A stretch of 64,000 bases of DNA. Origin: Callorhinchus milii. Taxonomy: Eukaryota. Both the position numbers and the translations under genes were made by a program. Numbering within the stretch: position 1 is the stretch's first letter; each line of letters opens with the position of its first letter. Below the pieces are notes generated by a model that did not search any database, had not been told where the DNA came from, and saw only the letters and a list, made by a program, of their open reading frames with translations. Below, in pieces: positions 51,381-63,095 of this stretch. Location of the stretch: NCBI RefSeq assembly GCF_018977255.1, contig NW_024704755.1, positions 15,252,001-15,316,000 on the forward strand, given 5' to 3'.

Positions 51381-52873
51381 TTAAAAATCTTTCAGTACCT
51401 TACCTGCTTTAGGTTTTGGGATTGTGTACATGGTGATAGCTGAAGTCTTGAGGCTGACGCGAGAAACTTGACAGGTGTAAACAGACTCTATCTGTGCATC
51501 TTCAATAGAGCTCGAGGCCTTATAGAGATCCTCTGAGTTCTGCTTCTCACTGGAACCTCTCTTTTCCAGCTTTATTTCTGTTGTTGGCGCAATTTTGGTG
51601 CCATCTTTATACCAAGTGAAGGTGATTTCCCTTGGGTGAAACAAGGCAGTTTCACAAAAAAGAGACTGAGACATAGATGAATTCCTAGAGAAAATCTTCA
51701 GTGGAGTTGGGGGAACTGCAGAACAGATAATGGAGAAGAATCGTATTAATTTTGGTCAATGGGCAGGACAAACCTGATTTTGACTTTATTTTGATTTGTA
51801 TCTGACACATTTCGTTGCAAACTCCTGAATTCTGAGTGCAAATGGAGGTTTGTTTACATACACAAATATCCCTTTCACAGCAGCATTGGCCTTCCTCCTG
51901 CTTTAAATACATTGTGGTTTTATCAAGTAATATTTATTCATAGCCTTTATCTTGCATTTCATTACTAACTTTGATGATTGGCAGGTGGAAATGATCACTA
52001 AGAAATGCCTATTCAATATGTTGAACTGTCAAACAGAGGAGATAGAGGATTCCTGGCAGAGGTGTGCACACTGTGTTAGTGTAGCTCAGTTAATTGTATT
52101 CTGGCCTTTGTGTTAGAATTTCTCTTCTACTGACCGCTGCCGAACGATGGTGATAAAATAATCATTGCATTTGAATGTAATGCCTTACCACGTTTTGGAG
52201 ATGTCTCAAATCATTCTAAAAACTGGAATGCAAAAGTTATTAATGAACAAACAATACAAATGACAATATAGCATTCACCACTTTTATTAATTTTATGCAG
52301 TTTCTAAATGCCAATTTCGCTCTTCATTCAAACTCACTGCACACAGTTAATCGTGATCCAGATCCTCTTCCAATTATTGATCCCTGACGGACCACTACAC
52401 AGCGATAGACTCCAGAGTCCTGTAAACTCACATTCAGGAACTGGAAGAAGCCGCTTCCTTTAGTTTTTACACCAAATAGTTTCCTGTGATCCTCCTTTGT
52501 ATCCAAATAGCTGCTCTCACCCTCCTTATCCCACTGCACCTTCACTCCTGAACTACCTTGAGGGAAGGGAAAGTTACAGTGGAAGGTAACGTTTGTCCCT
52601 CTGATGGCAGCCACATGGTCGGGGATTTGAGTCACTTTCACCGAAGAATCGCCATCAACTGTCAGAAAATAAAGTCAAACACTAATTTCTCAGATGATGA
52701 GCCAGTGAGAAAACAAATGAGTAAAAGAGGAGAAAACGTAAACGTATAAGTTAAATGTCACATGGAAACAAGTTTGCACATATTTCATAGAAGAACTGAA
52801 TTATAGAATGAACATATATACCTGTTGAAATAATATGTAAGGCCGACAGGTACAGGAAGACAACACTCCCCAT
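51381..52873 (-). CDS. Gene A4: leader-V-C1 with no local TM exon (235 aa if C1 reads through)
   Basis: Exons 52873-52822, 52658-52338, 51715-51404 are open with canonical sites. Read-through gives GKVLKDF-stop at 51381. No A-type TM exon was seen downstream before A3. Confidence 0.7.
51404..51715 (-). CDS. A4 C1-set exon
   Basis: Open, 312 nt; both Cys and the Trp retained, SH changed to SR, in-frame 9-nt deletion. Confidence 0.88.
52338..52658 (-). CDS. A4 V-set exon
   Basis: TFHC..VQWDKE..DSGVYRC..GSGSRLTV; 321 nt. Confidence 0.92.
52822..52873 (-). CDS. A4 leader exon
   Basis: MGSVVFLYLSALHIIST, donor GTATAT. Confidence 0.85.
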
Positions 52874-53984
52874 GTCTGGCTCTGGCTCTGATGGTCTGTA
52901 ACAAATGAACGTGGATTATTTGATACAGAGTAGTTTGCTGTGACACTGACGTCCTGTTTCTTTGGGTTTGTGAAATGTAGCAGGTGTGGAGAATGCAATT
53001 CGAAATCACACTTTTGCATCACAATTATGAAAATAATAACCCATCTTATTGAGGGCAGAAAAAAGCTAATCATATATAACCTTAAAAAAAACACTGATTA
53101 GCGTCATTAATCATTTGATGCTGCTTTCTCCCAACCTAAATGTTGGTTTGAGCATCAACTCGGAGAATCAGTTATGTCAGAAACATTCCAATCTGATGAA
53201 AAATCTCTTCTTGTACTTCTATCCAACTGTCCCCTATTGATGGAAAGTAACATTTCCCTCTCTTCTGGCACAGTGCTCCCCTTTAAAACCACTGTCATCA
53301 TTCCATCAAAAAGTGTCTCCCCACGCCTCTTAACTCTCCACTTATTGGCTCATCTCCAACTTGCGCTTAGTATCCAAACATCTGGCCACTCAACTTTGCT
53401 CCCACCTTTTTCTCCACTCAGTGCTAGGAACCATCCTCGTTGTCTTCTGCAAACAGTTCCTTTCTCCAATGGCTTGCTGCACCCTCTCTGCATCATCATC
53501 AGTGACCAAGCCTTCAGTTCCTTACCCAGAAAATAAATACAGCCGCACCATTTCACAATATATCCAGCGAAACTCTTTTGAAATGTCTTAACAACATGAT
53601 CTATCAATATATCAATATATATGCTATATCAATCAAGGATTGTAGTGTAATTATTATTAGATTCCTACATCCTAACTTCTGCAAATCCCTCCACCTACCA
53701 CTTTGTCTCACTCTTTTCCAATCTGTCTTTGTCCTGACTCAATTCCTACCTCTTCAAACACATCTCTGTCCACCTCCCTCCCCCTTCCTTTCACTTGCTC
53801 GCTGTCCAACACAAACTCTTTGAAGCCCACAAAGATTATAGGCTATGAGAAGGATGCTATTATGCTAGTAATAATGATTGTGCATTGTCAGGTTTTCAAA
53901 ATGTCTCAAAGTGCTTCACAGAATATACTTTAAAGTGAATTGAGTTGATGCTATAAAAATGTGAATTGTTGTGATTAATAGAGA

Positions 53985-54400
53985 ACAAATAACCTGATCA
54001 TAAAATGACTTTCTAAGTGCCCCAAGATGACATCCCTAATTATAGACTCTAGAATTTTCACTACCACCAATGTCAGGCTAATTGTTCTATAGTTCCCAAT
54101 TTTTTGTCTCCCATTCTTCTCAAATAGCGGTGTAACATTTGTGACCTTCAACCGTAATGCCGATTCATTCCAAAATCCAGGGAATATTGGAATATCAAAA
54201 ACAATGCATCCACTATTTCTGCAGCCACCTCTTTCAAAACCCAAGGATGCAGGCCATCAGGTCCATGGGATTTATCAGTTTTTAGTCCCATCAATTGCTC
54301 TAGTACAAATACTTTACTGATATTAATTTCTTTATATTCCTCACTAACATTAGTCTCTTGGTTCCCCACTATTTTTGGGAAGAAATTGGTAAGAAGTAAG
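53985..54400 (-). mobile_element. CR1 LINE RT fragment
   Basis: GPDGLHPWVLKE and GNYRTISLTLVVVKILESIIRD. Confidence 0.8.
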
Positions 54401-54849
54401 TTGTTGATAGCGGATGTATCAAAAGCCCAGAGGACCATTTTTGCTCTGACACATGCAGAAATCATTTACTACGCTTACGAGTATCCAAACAAACTGATAT
54501 ATTTATGTCACCGACACAAGGAAATTTCTTGTGTCTGGAATGGAATGTGCACTTTCTCCTGGGAGGGAAGCATGCTGCTTATCTGATTTCTGAGAAGGTT
54601 TGGCAGAGTTGTTGAGAAGTAGATTTGGAGGGGTGAAGGGGGCCTTGCTGTAGTAGGTAAAAAAGAACTCTGGCCTGCTGATCACGAGAAGAGACCGGTC
54701 AAAACCATAATAGACCAGAAAATAGGGGATGTAGCTAAATTGGGAATACAAGAATCACAAAAAGCACCATAGAGCAACACGAGGGAACAGGGATCAGACA
54801 GAAAGATTAAACTGGAAAAGAGTACAATTAGGTACTAGAAGCATCATTA

Positions 54850-57800
54850 TTACATGAATATATTGTTCAATATTGTTACAGACACCTGTTCCTCCAGGAT
54901 AACAGTTATATTCCATCCCTCAAATCACAGGAAGATGCTGCCGAACATTGGATGTTCATCAGGGCTCTATTCTCGGGCTTCTGTTCTTCACTATCTATGT
55001 GCTCTCACTTGGCGACATCAACTTAAAACGTCGACATGTATAATGATGAAACCGACCACTTATAGCGCCTTGTGACTTCCTTCTGCCGTGAAAAGTGCTA
55101 TACAAATGTAATTTGTTTTTGTTGTTGTTCTATTTATCAATTGAGAATAACTACCATTTTAGTAATTCTGAGGGAAAAGCAAAAGATTGCAGTTTAGGGT
55201 TGTGGTAAAGGAATATCATCAGACTGGGAAAATGTTACCAGTGGAGTTCCACAAGGTACTGTTTTGGGACCTATTTTGTTTAATATTTGTAAAAATAGTC
55301 TGCAATTGGATTCGCAAGTTCAGTGGCTATATTTACAGACAAAACCAAGGTAATGAAGGTGGTAGATTGTGAAGATGAATAAGGTAGGTCACAGGAGGTT
55401 TTGAACATTCTTGGCAATTGGGTGGATCGGTGGCAGATGAACTTCAATGTGGAGACATGTAAAGTACTTCACAGATGGACAAAAAATCTGTAAGGGAAAT
55501 GGAAAGGACCTGGGGTTCCTGATTGACAGTACCTTGAAGCTCTCCCAACAATACTCAGTGGCATTGAGTGAAGCAAACCAGTTGTTGATATGTATGAAAA
55601 GGTCAATATGAAGTGGAAATCCTGCCACTGTATAAATCAGTGGTGAGATCATACTTAGCGTACTGTGTACAGCTCGGGTCACCGCAGTACAAAAAAGATA
55701 TTAGAGAAATCGAGAAGAGACAGAAGAGGGCAACAAAAATGATTGAGCGAATGGAGGGACTTGACTATGAGGAGTGACTAAGTAAATTGTACATGTTCAT
55801 GCTGGGTAAGAGAAGATTGAGAGGTGATATGATTGGTGTCTTTAACAGTCTAAAGGGGAAGACAATATAGATCAGGACAGGCTGTGGAACAGGCTCCCTT
55901 GGGAGACTGTTGAAGCAGGAAATGTTGATCCTTTCAAACACAGATTAGATAGTTTTCTTTTTTTTCTTTAACATTATGGGACATCGCATATATGTAGTTC
56001 AGGACATATGTGCATGCGATCACCAGGAAGGTGGAAGGCGAACCAGATGGACCTTGGTCTTTTTCCATCTAGCATCTTTTATTTTCTTATATACAATGGT
56101 AGCAATGAATCTACGCGTCAAACCAAGTTGTTTATCGGATGAGGAGATTTATTTTGAATCCAATGCGGGGGAAGAGGGATAGGAGGAATGCGATTTCTAA
56201 TATGAATCATCATAATTTGAATTTATTAAATTAGTTTAAATTAATCCCACAGAATATGCACATTGGGCAGATTGCTTTCTTTGTAATTGTTTACCTGTTG
56301 CAGTGTTAGCACTCTGGCCTCTGAGTCACAACATTGTGGGTTCAAGCTCCAGGTTGCTTGAGAATCTCAACCAAGCTGAGATTTCCATTCTTCCTACCAA
56401 CACACGGAAATCCCTGAGATTGATTGTTGGAGTGGAATGTGCACTCTCAGAGTATGCATTGGGTTAAATGCTGAATTCTAATCAACTAAAACCACATAAC
56501 TTGCCATTGATATTGCTGTCTGGCCAGCTTTCTCGCTGCTCTTCCATCTAAGATGACATTCTATTGCCAGGAATATCACCTTGGAGTCAGTTCAGCTCTA
56601 AGGATACCCTGTTTAGAAGGTGTTGCATTGTTAGAGTTGGCATTCTTCAGATGAGATGTTAAACCAAGTTTCCATCTGCCTGTTCATTTGGCTGCTGAAG
56701 ATTAGTGGCATATTTGAAAAGAGAATGGAGTTTCTCTCAGTGTCCTGACCATCTTCCAATGGCAATGCAACACACCACTTAGTGAGGTCTCCTTGGAGCT
56801 GAACTGGCCTCAATATGACATGCCTGGCAGTGGAATGTCGGAATCGTGTCCGCCCTCGGTGGAAGCCTCGTTAGTCCGGTTCTTGATCCAGGCGGGTTCT
56901 CAGTATTCCAGGCCACTGCTCACCCCAGTATTGCACTGAATTGAGCCTAGGCTGTTAGCCCAAAGGTTCAATAGACATCTATACTTAGAGAAATAAAACA
57001 ATCATACCTTGTTTAGCATCAGATACAGGGTAAATCGCGATATTGGAGTCTTGAGGCATATGTGAGATACCAGACAGGTGTAAACAGCCCTACTCCAGAC
57101 AGGTTGTATCTCTTCCAAGGAGCTTGAAGCATTATAAACTCTCCCATCTCTCCCAAGTTGCTTGCTTGTATTGACAAACAAATCATTTTTATCATCTTTA
57201 TACCAAGTGGCAATGATATCCTCTGGGTAAACACTGCTGTGCTGCCTCATTTCACTCACAAAGTATGCAGTCAATTCACTTGACAGTATATTCTGTGAAG
57301 CAGTTTCAGACGTCTCAAAGATGAGATTAGGCAATATACCAAATGCAAAGATTATTATTATTATTAAATATTATTATTATTATTTAGGGAATTTCATTTA
57401 CATTAACACTAAAAGATATAGTGCAATAATAAATGCAGATTGGCTGCAAATACTTATGATATTTAATTTATGCTGCGGTATTGAAAAAAAGTAGGATTGA
57501 AGACCCCTGTCATCTGGTTATTTAAGTTGAGATATATGTGGAAGAATAGGAGCCGTCACTTACTTACCATGGATAAGTGGTTATGATCCAGTTCCATTTG
57601 TAATTTCTCTTCTTCGATATGTCACTGCACAGTAATAGGCTCCTGAGTCCTGGAGGTTGACACTAAGGAACTGCAAGAAAGCTTTCCCACTCTGGGTAAG
57701 GTATCATTTCCTGCTGTCTGAGCCCGGCTGGAGAAATTCATTCTCGCCCAGTTTCCACCATTCAACAGTCACACCAGAATTATCAGAAGGGGATAAAAAG

Positions 57801-58020
57801 TATCTGAAGGTAACATTGGCAGCTACGATCACAGTAGAGCTTTCAGGGGTTCGGTCACTGTGAGGTGAGCAATGGTAACAACTGTCAAAGATGAATACAA
57901 TCCTTATGTTAAGTGTATGTAACAAAAATATAGAAAATATGGATTGAGAAAACAATATCAAATACCTGTGCGAATGGTGAGAATTACAAGCTACAGAAAC
58001 ACAATATGTTTCAAAATCAT
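54850..58020 (-). pseudogene. B-type VJ-C1 receptor pseudogene (leader 58020-57966, V 57881-57568, C1 ~57240-57008, TM fragment ~54890-54850)
   Basis: Leader has an in-frame TAG. V has a 1-nt frameshift after LTVTEP, first Cys->Tyr, and TGA and TAA stops, but keeps QDSGAYYC..GTGS. The C1 5' end is replaced by a SINE but keeps YPEDIIATWYKD..YTCLVSH. Confidence 0.85.
55170..55960 (+). mobile_element. CR1 LINE RT and 3' fragment
   Basis: Decayed [14 protein letters not shown] and LYKSVVRSYLAYCVQ..KRATKMI motifs. Confidence 0.78.
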
Positions 58021-59400
58021 TTGCTCAATGTCAGTTGACGCTTGCTCCAAATAAATTCGAAGCTCCGATGGGTTTAGAAAAACTCAGTTTGTGTTTAATC
58101 GGATGCGAATCATAACGCAATTACATGTGATATCACAGTAGTAAAACTGCGAAGCTGATGAATGAGTTTAAGAGGGTGAGATGCGCAGATGTAGATGTCC
58201 TTATTGGGCAATGTCCTTATTGTCCCAAGGCACTGGACAACCAATGCTTGAGACCAATGTTCTGTATATTCTGATGCATACTCTGGAGGTTGAACAGAAT
58301 ACAGCATTGTTATCAGGAACTCTGTATTGCCTTAATCAACAACAAACAACAACAAAATTACATTTTTATAGCACCTTTCACGTCCCAAGGTGCTGAATCA
58401 GCTTAGTAGTCAGGATAATTGTGTTCTTTTACTTGTTAGAGAGTCAAATAAACATGTTCTGGAAGCTCTAATCACATACCGGAAGTTCCTTGTTTCAAAT
58501 CAATTGGGATTAGTAATGGTACTGTTTATTATACTGACCGTAGCCCACAGAAGAAAGACATTGTAAGGTAAATCTGCTGCTCATATAATTCTCACATTGC
58601 CCAAGTGCCTTCCATAATCCTGAACTTTCATAATAATTATCCTTTGATTTGAAATTTTTCACATCATGAGAACATAACATCGCGCTTCAGGTGATTTTTT
58701 GAAAGGAACAGTAGGTAAACAGTGTGTTATATACAGTCAAACCAATCTTCATCAAACACCCAGGGGCCTAAATATAAGGGTTTCTTCTGAATTAGGGTTC
58801 ATTGTTGAGTGAACCGGGTTGTTCCAGGGCAGTTGTTAACTGGGGGTGTTTGCTGAATGGAGGTGGTTGCTTGAACAGGTTTGATTTACACAGAATGATA
58901 AATGCCAGTTATTGACTTCAACTGAACCCTGATTACATTGGTACAATTGGGGCAATATATTTAGCGGATTAGTTGATGCCAAAAACTACAATAGGGAAGT
59001 CAGTGTCTTGGATAGAACCACATAGTTGATTGTAAAATTAGGAGACAATATATGTCCTAGATTACAATCATCACTGAGAGCTGTAAATATGGTATAATAT
59101 AAGCTGTAAATAATGTATTGCCTAACATGGCAAATGTAACATGTGTAATATTTAAAGAAAGAAATGGACAAGCTCCAAATCTTCTCCCCATGTTAAAGTG
59201 TACCCAAACCTGACTGAGGTTTCAACATCTATACCACACCTAAGTATGGGAATTTTCCTGTGTCTGGAAAGGAAGGTATGCTGTCTCCCTTGAGGATCCT
59301 ACACTGTTTACTTAATTCCATGGAGGTTTTAGCAGAGGTTGACAGAAGCCAGGATTTGGGGACCAGAATGAATGTTGGTTACTGCTGGAGATTAAACTGC

Positions 59401-60120
59401 TAAAACAACAACAACAAGATTGCATTTATAGAGCGCCTTTCACATCGGGAGGACGTCCCAAGGCGCTGGACTGTTGGGTCGGGACACGAGCAGGGGGGCA
59501 ATGGTCAGGGTGAGGGGAGGGAAGGGAGGGAGCGAGGAGGGAGTAGAGAGTCGAGAGGGGAGCTGAAGGCACGGTTGAAGAGAAAGGTCTTGAGACTGGC
59601 CTTGAAGGAGGAAAGGGAGGAAGCGGCGAAGGCACTGGGGGATGGAGTTCCAGAGCCTCGGGGCTGAGAGGCTGAAAGGGTGGTTAGGGCGTGGGATGTG
59701 GAGCAGACTGGAACCAGAGGAAGGGAGGGTACGGGCAGGTAAGTAAGGGGATAGTAGGTCGGAGAGGTAGGAGGCCGTAAAGGGCCTTCTAGGTGAGGAT
59801 GAGGATCTTGAGTTCGATCCTCTGGGGGATGGGGAGCCAGTGGAGGCGAGCGAGGGTGAGGGTGGGAGTGATGTGGTCGCGATGCCTGGTGCGGGACAGT
59901 ACACGAGCTGCAGAGTTCTGAATGACCTGCAGCTTGTGGAGGGAGGTGCCGGGAAGGCCGACGAGGAGAGAGTTCCCGTAGTCCAGCCTTGAGGTGATAA
60001 AAGCGTGGACCAGAGTTTCAGCAGCGTGAGGGTTGAGGTAGTGCCGTAGTCTGGCGATGTTCTGGAGTGGTGGAAGGCGCATAGCTTTCCATTTATAGCA
60101 CAATCTGGCAAACTTGCCAC
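59401..60120 (-). mobile_element. L2-clade LINE 3' fragment (duplicate)
   Basis: Copy of 1576-2300. Confidence 0.88.
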
Positions 60121-63095
60121 TGCTTATCCAACTAGGACGACCCTACTCAGTAGGGCTTTGACTTGCTGAGTTAACAGGAACTAAGTGGAAGAATCCCTTC
60201 TCCCAGGAGGAATATTCTCGACCAAATGAATACGGGAAAAGAATGCCTGGTCCAGTGTATTCACAAAGAGGTTGACTGGATGCATTAATGCTCTTTGTGG
60301 GTTTGAACTGGAAAGAGGCATACACAAAAATAGATCATATATTAGTAATAATCATAACGATATAGTACCTTTTCACATCCTTGAGATGTCTCAAAACACT
60401 TCACAGAATATATTGTAAAGTGAATTCACTGTATTTCTGTACAAAAAGCGACAGCCAATTGCAGACAGCAGTTTCCCACAAACCTTCATGGATTTAGTGA
60501 GCAATTTTCTATCTATCCATAGAAAGGTAAGTCTCAACCTTCTATTCCAGTTGTTTTCCTATGTACATTCACACACAAAATGAATAAATATTAGAGATAC
60601 GTTGCAATAATGTGTTGATAGAGCCATAGAAAGATATGATTTATTTTTTTAATGACATGCTAGTATGTAGGTTGCAGAATCAAACAGGGACCAAATGTTG
60701 CTTCGCATTTACCATCTCTGAATACGTGTTGGTCCAAACGTGAAAAACAATGTCAGTGATGTTAGTGTCTGTCACACACCAACTATATTAAGGTGCCTGG
60801 GGACCAATATGAAACCTGCTCCTTGCTCTAATCGCAGTGAATCGTTTCCTTAACTGAAGTGGTATCTGAGATACTCTATCAATCAGTTCCAGTGTATAAT
60901 CATGTAACCATAATCCAAGTAATGACCACTGGCTGTATTTGTTTATCTTGCTGAATACTTTGGGTGCTGTCACCCATCCTATGACTTTCATCTATCTTTA
61001 GATTTGGAGGATTCAACCTCCCCTCGGATTTCAGTGAAGACGGTTCACAGTGGGAGGGAGATTTATCCAAAGCTGTTTCAATCGCTGGGTAGGTTTTGGA
61101 GGCCAGGGCATTATAGTCCACTTGTGTTCAAATACTAAACCCCAATGAACAACAATGCACACCGATTAATACATATTTAATGATAAACCACGGAACTGGA
61201 GGAGAAAAACTATAATCTTCAGATGCCACAGAGTTGACAGCACATCCGTCAGCGGCAGCATGATTGGGGATTTACAAAGAATTACAAAGGGGACAAAAAC
61301 AGAAGTCGCTGGGAACACTCAGCAGGTCAGGCAGCATCTATAGAGAAAAGAAAGTGAGTCCTGTGAGTCAACGTTTCGGGTCCACGATCCTTTGTCAGAA
61401 TCCTTTGTCAGACCCGAATCATTGACTCTCTTTCCCCTCTCCAAAGATGCTGCCTGACCTGCTGAGTGTCCCCAGCGACTTCTGTTGCAGTTTCAGATTT
61501 CCGGCATCTGCAGTATTTTGTGTTTTGTTGACAAAAGGGACATTGGATTGTGGAGAACATTCACCATTTGTGTCATTGAATTGGAGTCCCTTGAGATCAG
61601 CCTTGGGAAGTTATGTGCAACATACTCCACAAATCAATTTTGATAACATTTTAGGCAATTGTCCATAATAAGCAATACCACAGCGATCCTGCTTAAGTAT
61701 TCAAGAGTTGACACAGTGAGTAGATACATAAGCACGTCGCTTATAAACGTTTTAAGATGGAACGATGCAGTGTAAAATATAGAAACAGATGAAAAAATGA
61801 AATGAGACACACAGGCTTTACTGATGGCCAATAATAGGCTTTGTGGTGTGAGATTGTATCTGTGGTACACATATGTATATTTAGATATGTACGCTTACTT
61901 GTGAAATTGCTACAACATCCACCGCTCGCACCATCAGCTGATGTGTTACATGAATTACCGGTGAAGGGAGATAATCGTGTTCTTCATTTATTGCCTTTAC
62001 AGCAGAGAAATGGGTAAAAAAAGATTGTTGCCTCATTTTAACTGGAGTTTTTCCACATACTGCATAACGCCCACACAATAACCTTTTCATTGTGGCGGAT
62101 CAATTGCATCGCATTTTCTTAGAATGTTTTTAAGGTAATTTATATCACTTTACTTCTAATTTGAGACTCTGTACATTACTGTCATCAGATGAGGTAACAT
62201 AATATAAGTGAAACAAAACATTACCCTCACAGCACACACTGAGCTGCTGAATATTTACTTGGCGCTGTGTGTAATGCAGAGGACCTGGTATTCAATCTAT
62301 CAGATTCAGCCATGAAGGAGCCACCCTGAGCAGAGGCTTGCTAACTTTTAAATGTGACCGACTGAGAAATGGTTTTAGAATTGATCATGAAATCTACATA
62401 CAAATGTTGTGGGTATTCAACCGGATATTTGTTGTTGAAATTGGCTCCACGGTCAATGGAATGATGATAGCAGGAATCAACTAAAGGGGCAGCTCTTCGG
62501 CCAATCATTCAATTAGTGACTAATACATAAAATGTTTGGATTTCCCAGAGAGAGAGAGAAACATTACTGAACGTTAAAGAATCATCATAATCTATGTCTG
62601 AAGCCCAGCAGTAAGTACTTGGCTAAGCTCCATCTGAAACAACGCTTAAGAATTCCATTTTATAGTTTTTATTTAATTTTATCCGATTCTATCGAAGATA
62701 TAGATTGAACAAATCAAACCCAACACATTACGTTTCATAACTTTTGTTTATTGAAAGTCGACAAAACCGCTTCACAGTCTTACAAACTATTAGAAACTGG
62801 TTCTAGATTTGTATTGGTATATTTTGTTCCAGTGATACAATAGCTTCTTAGCTTTTATAAACTATTATAGTTTATAGCTCAGCGACATTATCAGATTAGT
62901 ATTATACAAATTTGAAGTTGAAATTGCATTGACTTGATAAATGATAGGTAATACAAACTAATCAAACATTATGTCTTCCTGCAGTGTCAGAGCAGTGACA
63001 CAATAACACACCACATTGATGTACACACTGTAACTAGTCTACATTAGAAGGGAACTGTGAGGAATCTGCATCGATAATTGTCTATTATTGTGACA

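Noticed and set aside
5272-57881. Rearranging TCR or Ig locus (V-J-C clusters)
   Set aside because: The J-like strand is in the same exon as V, each V has its own C1, and no heptamer-spacer-nonamer was found at V ends.
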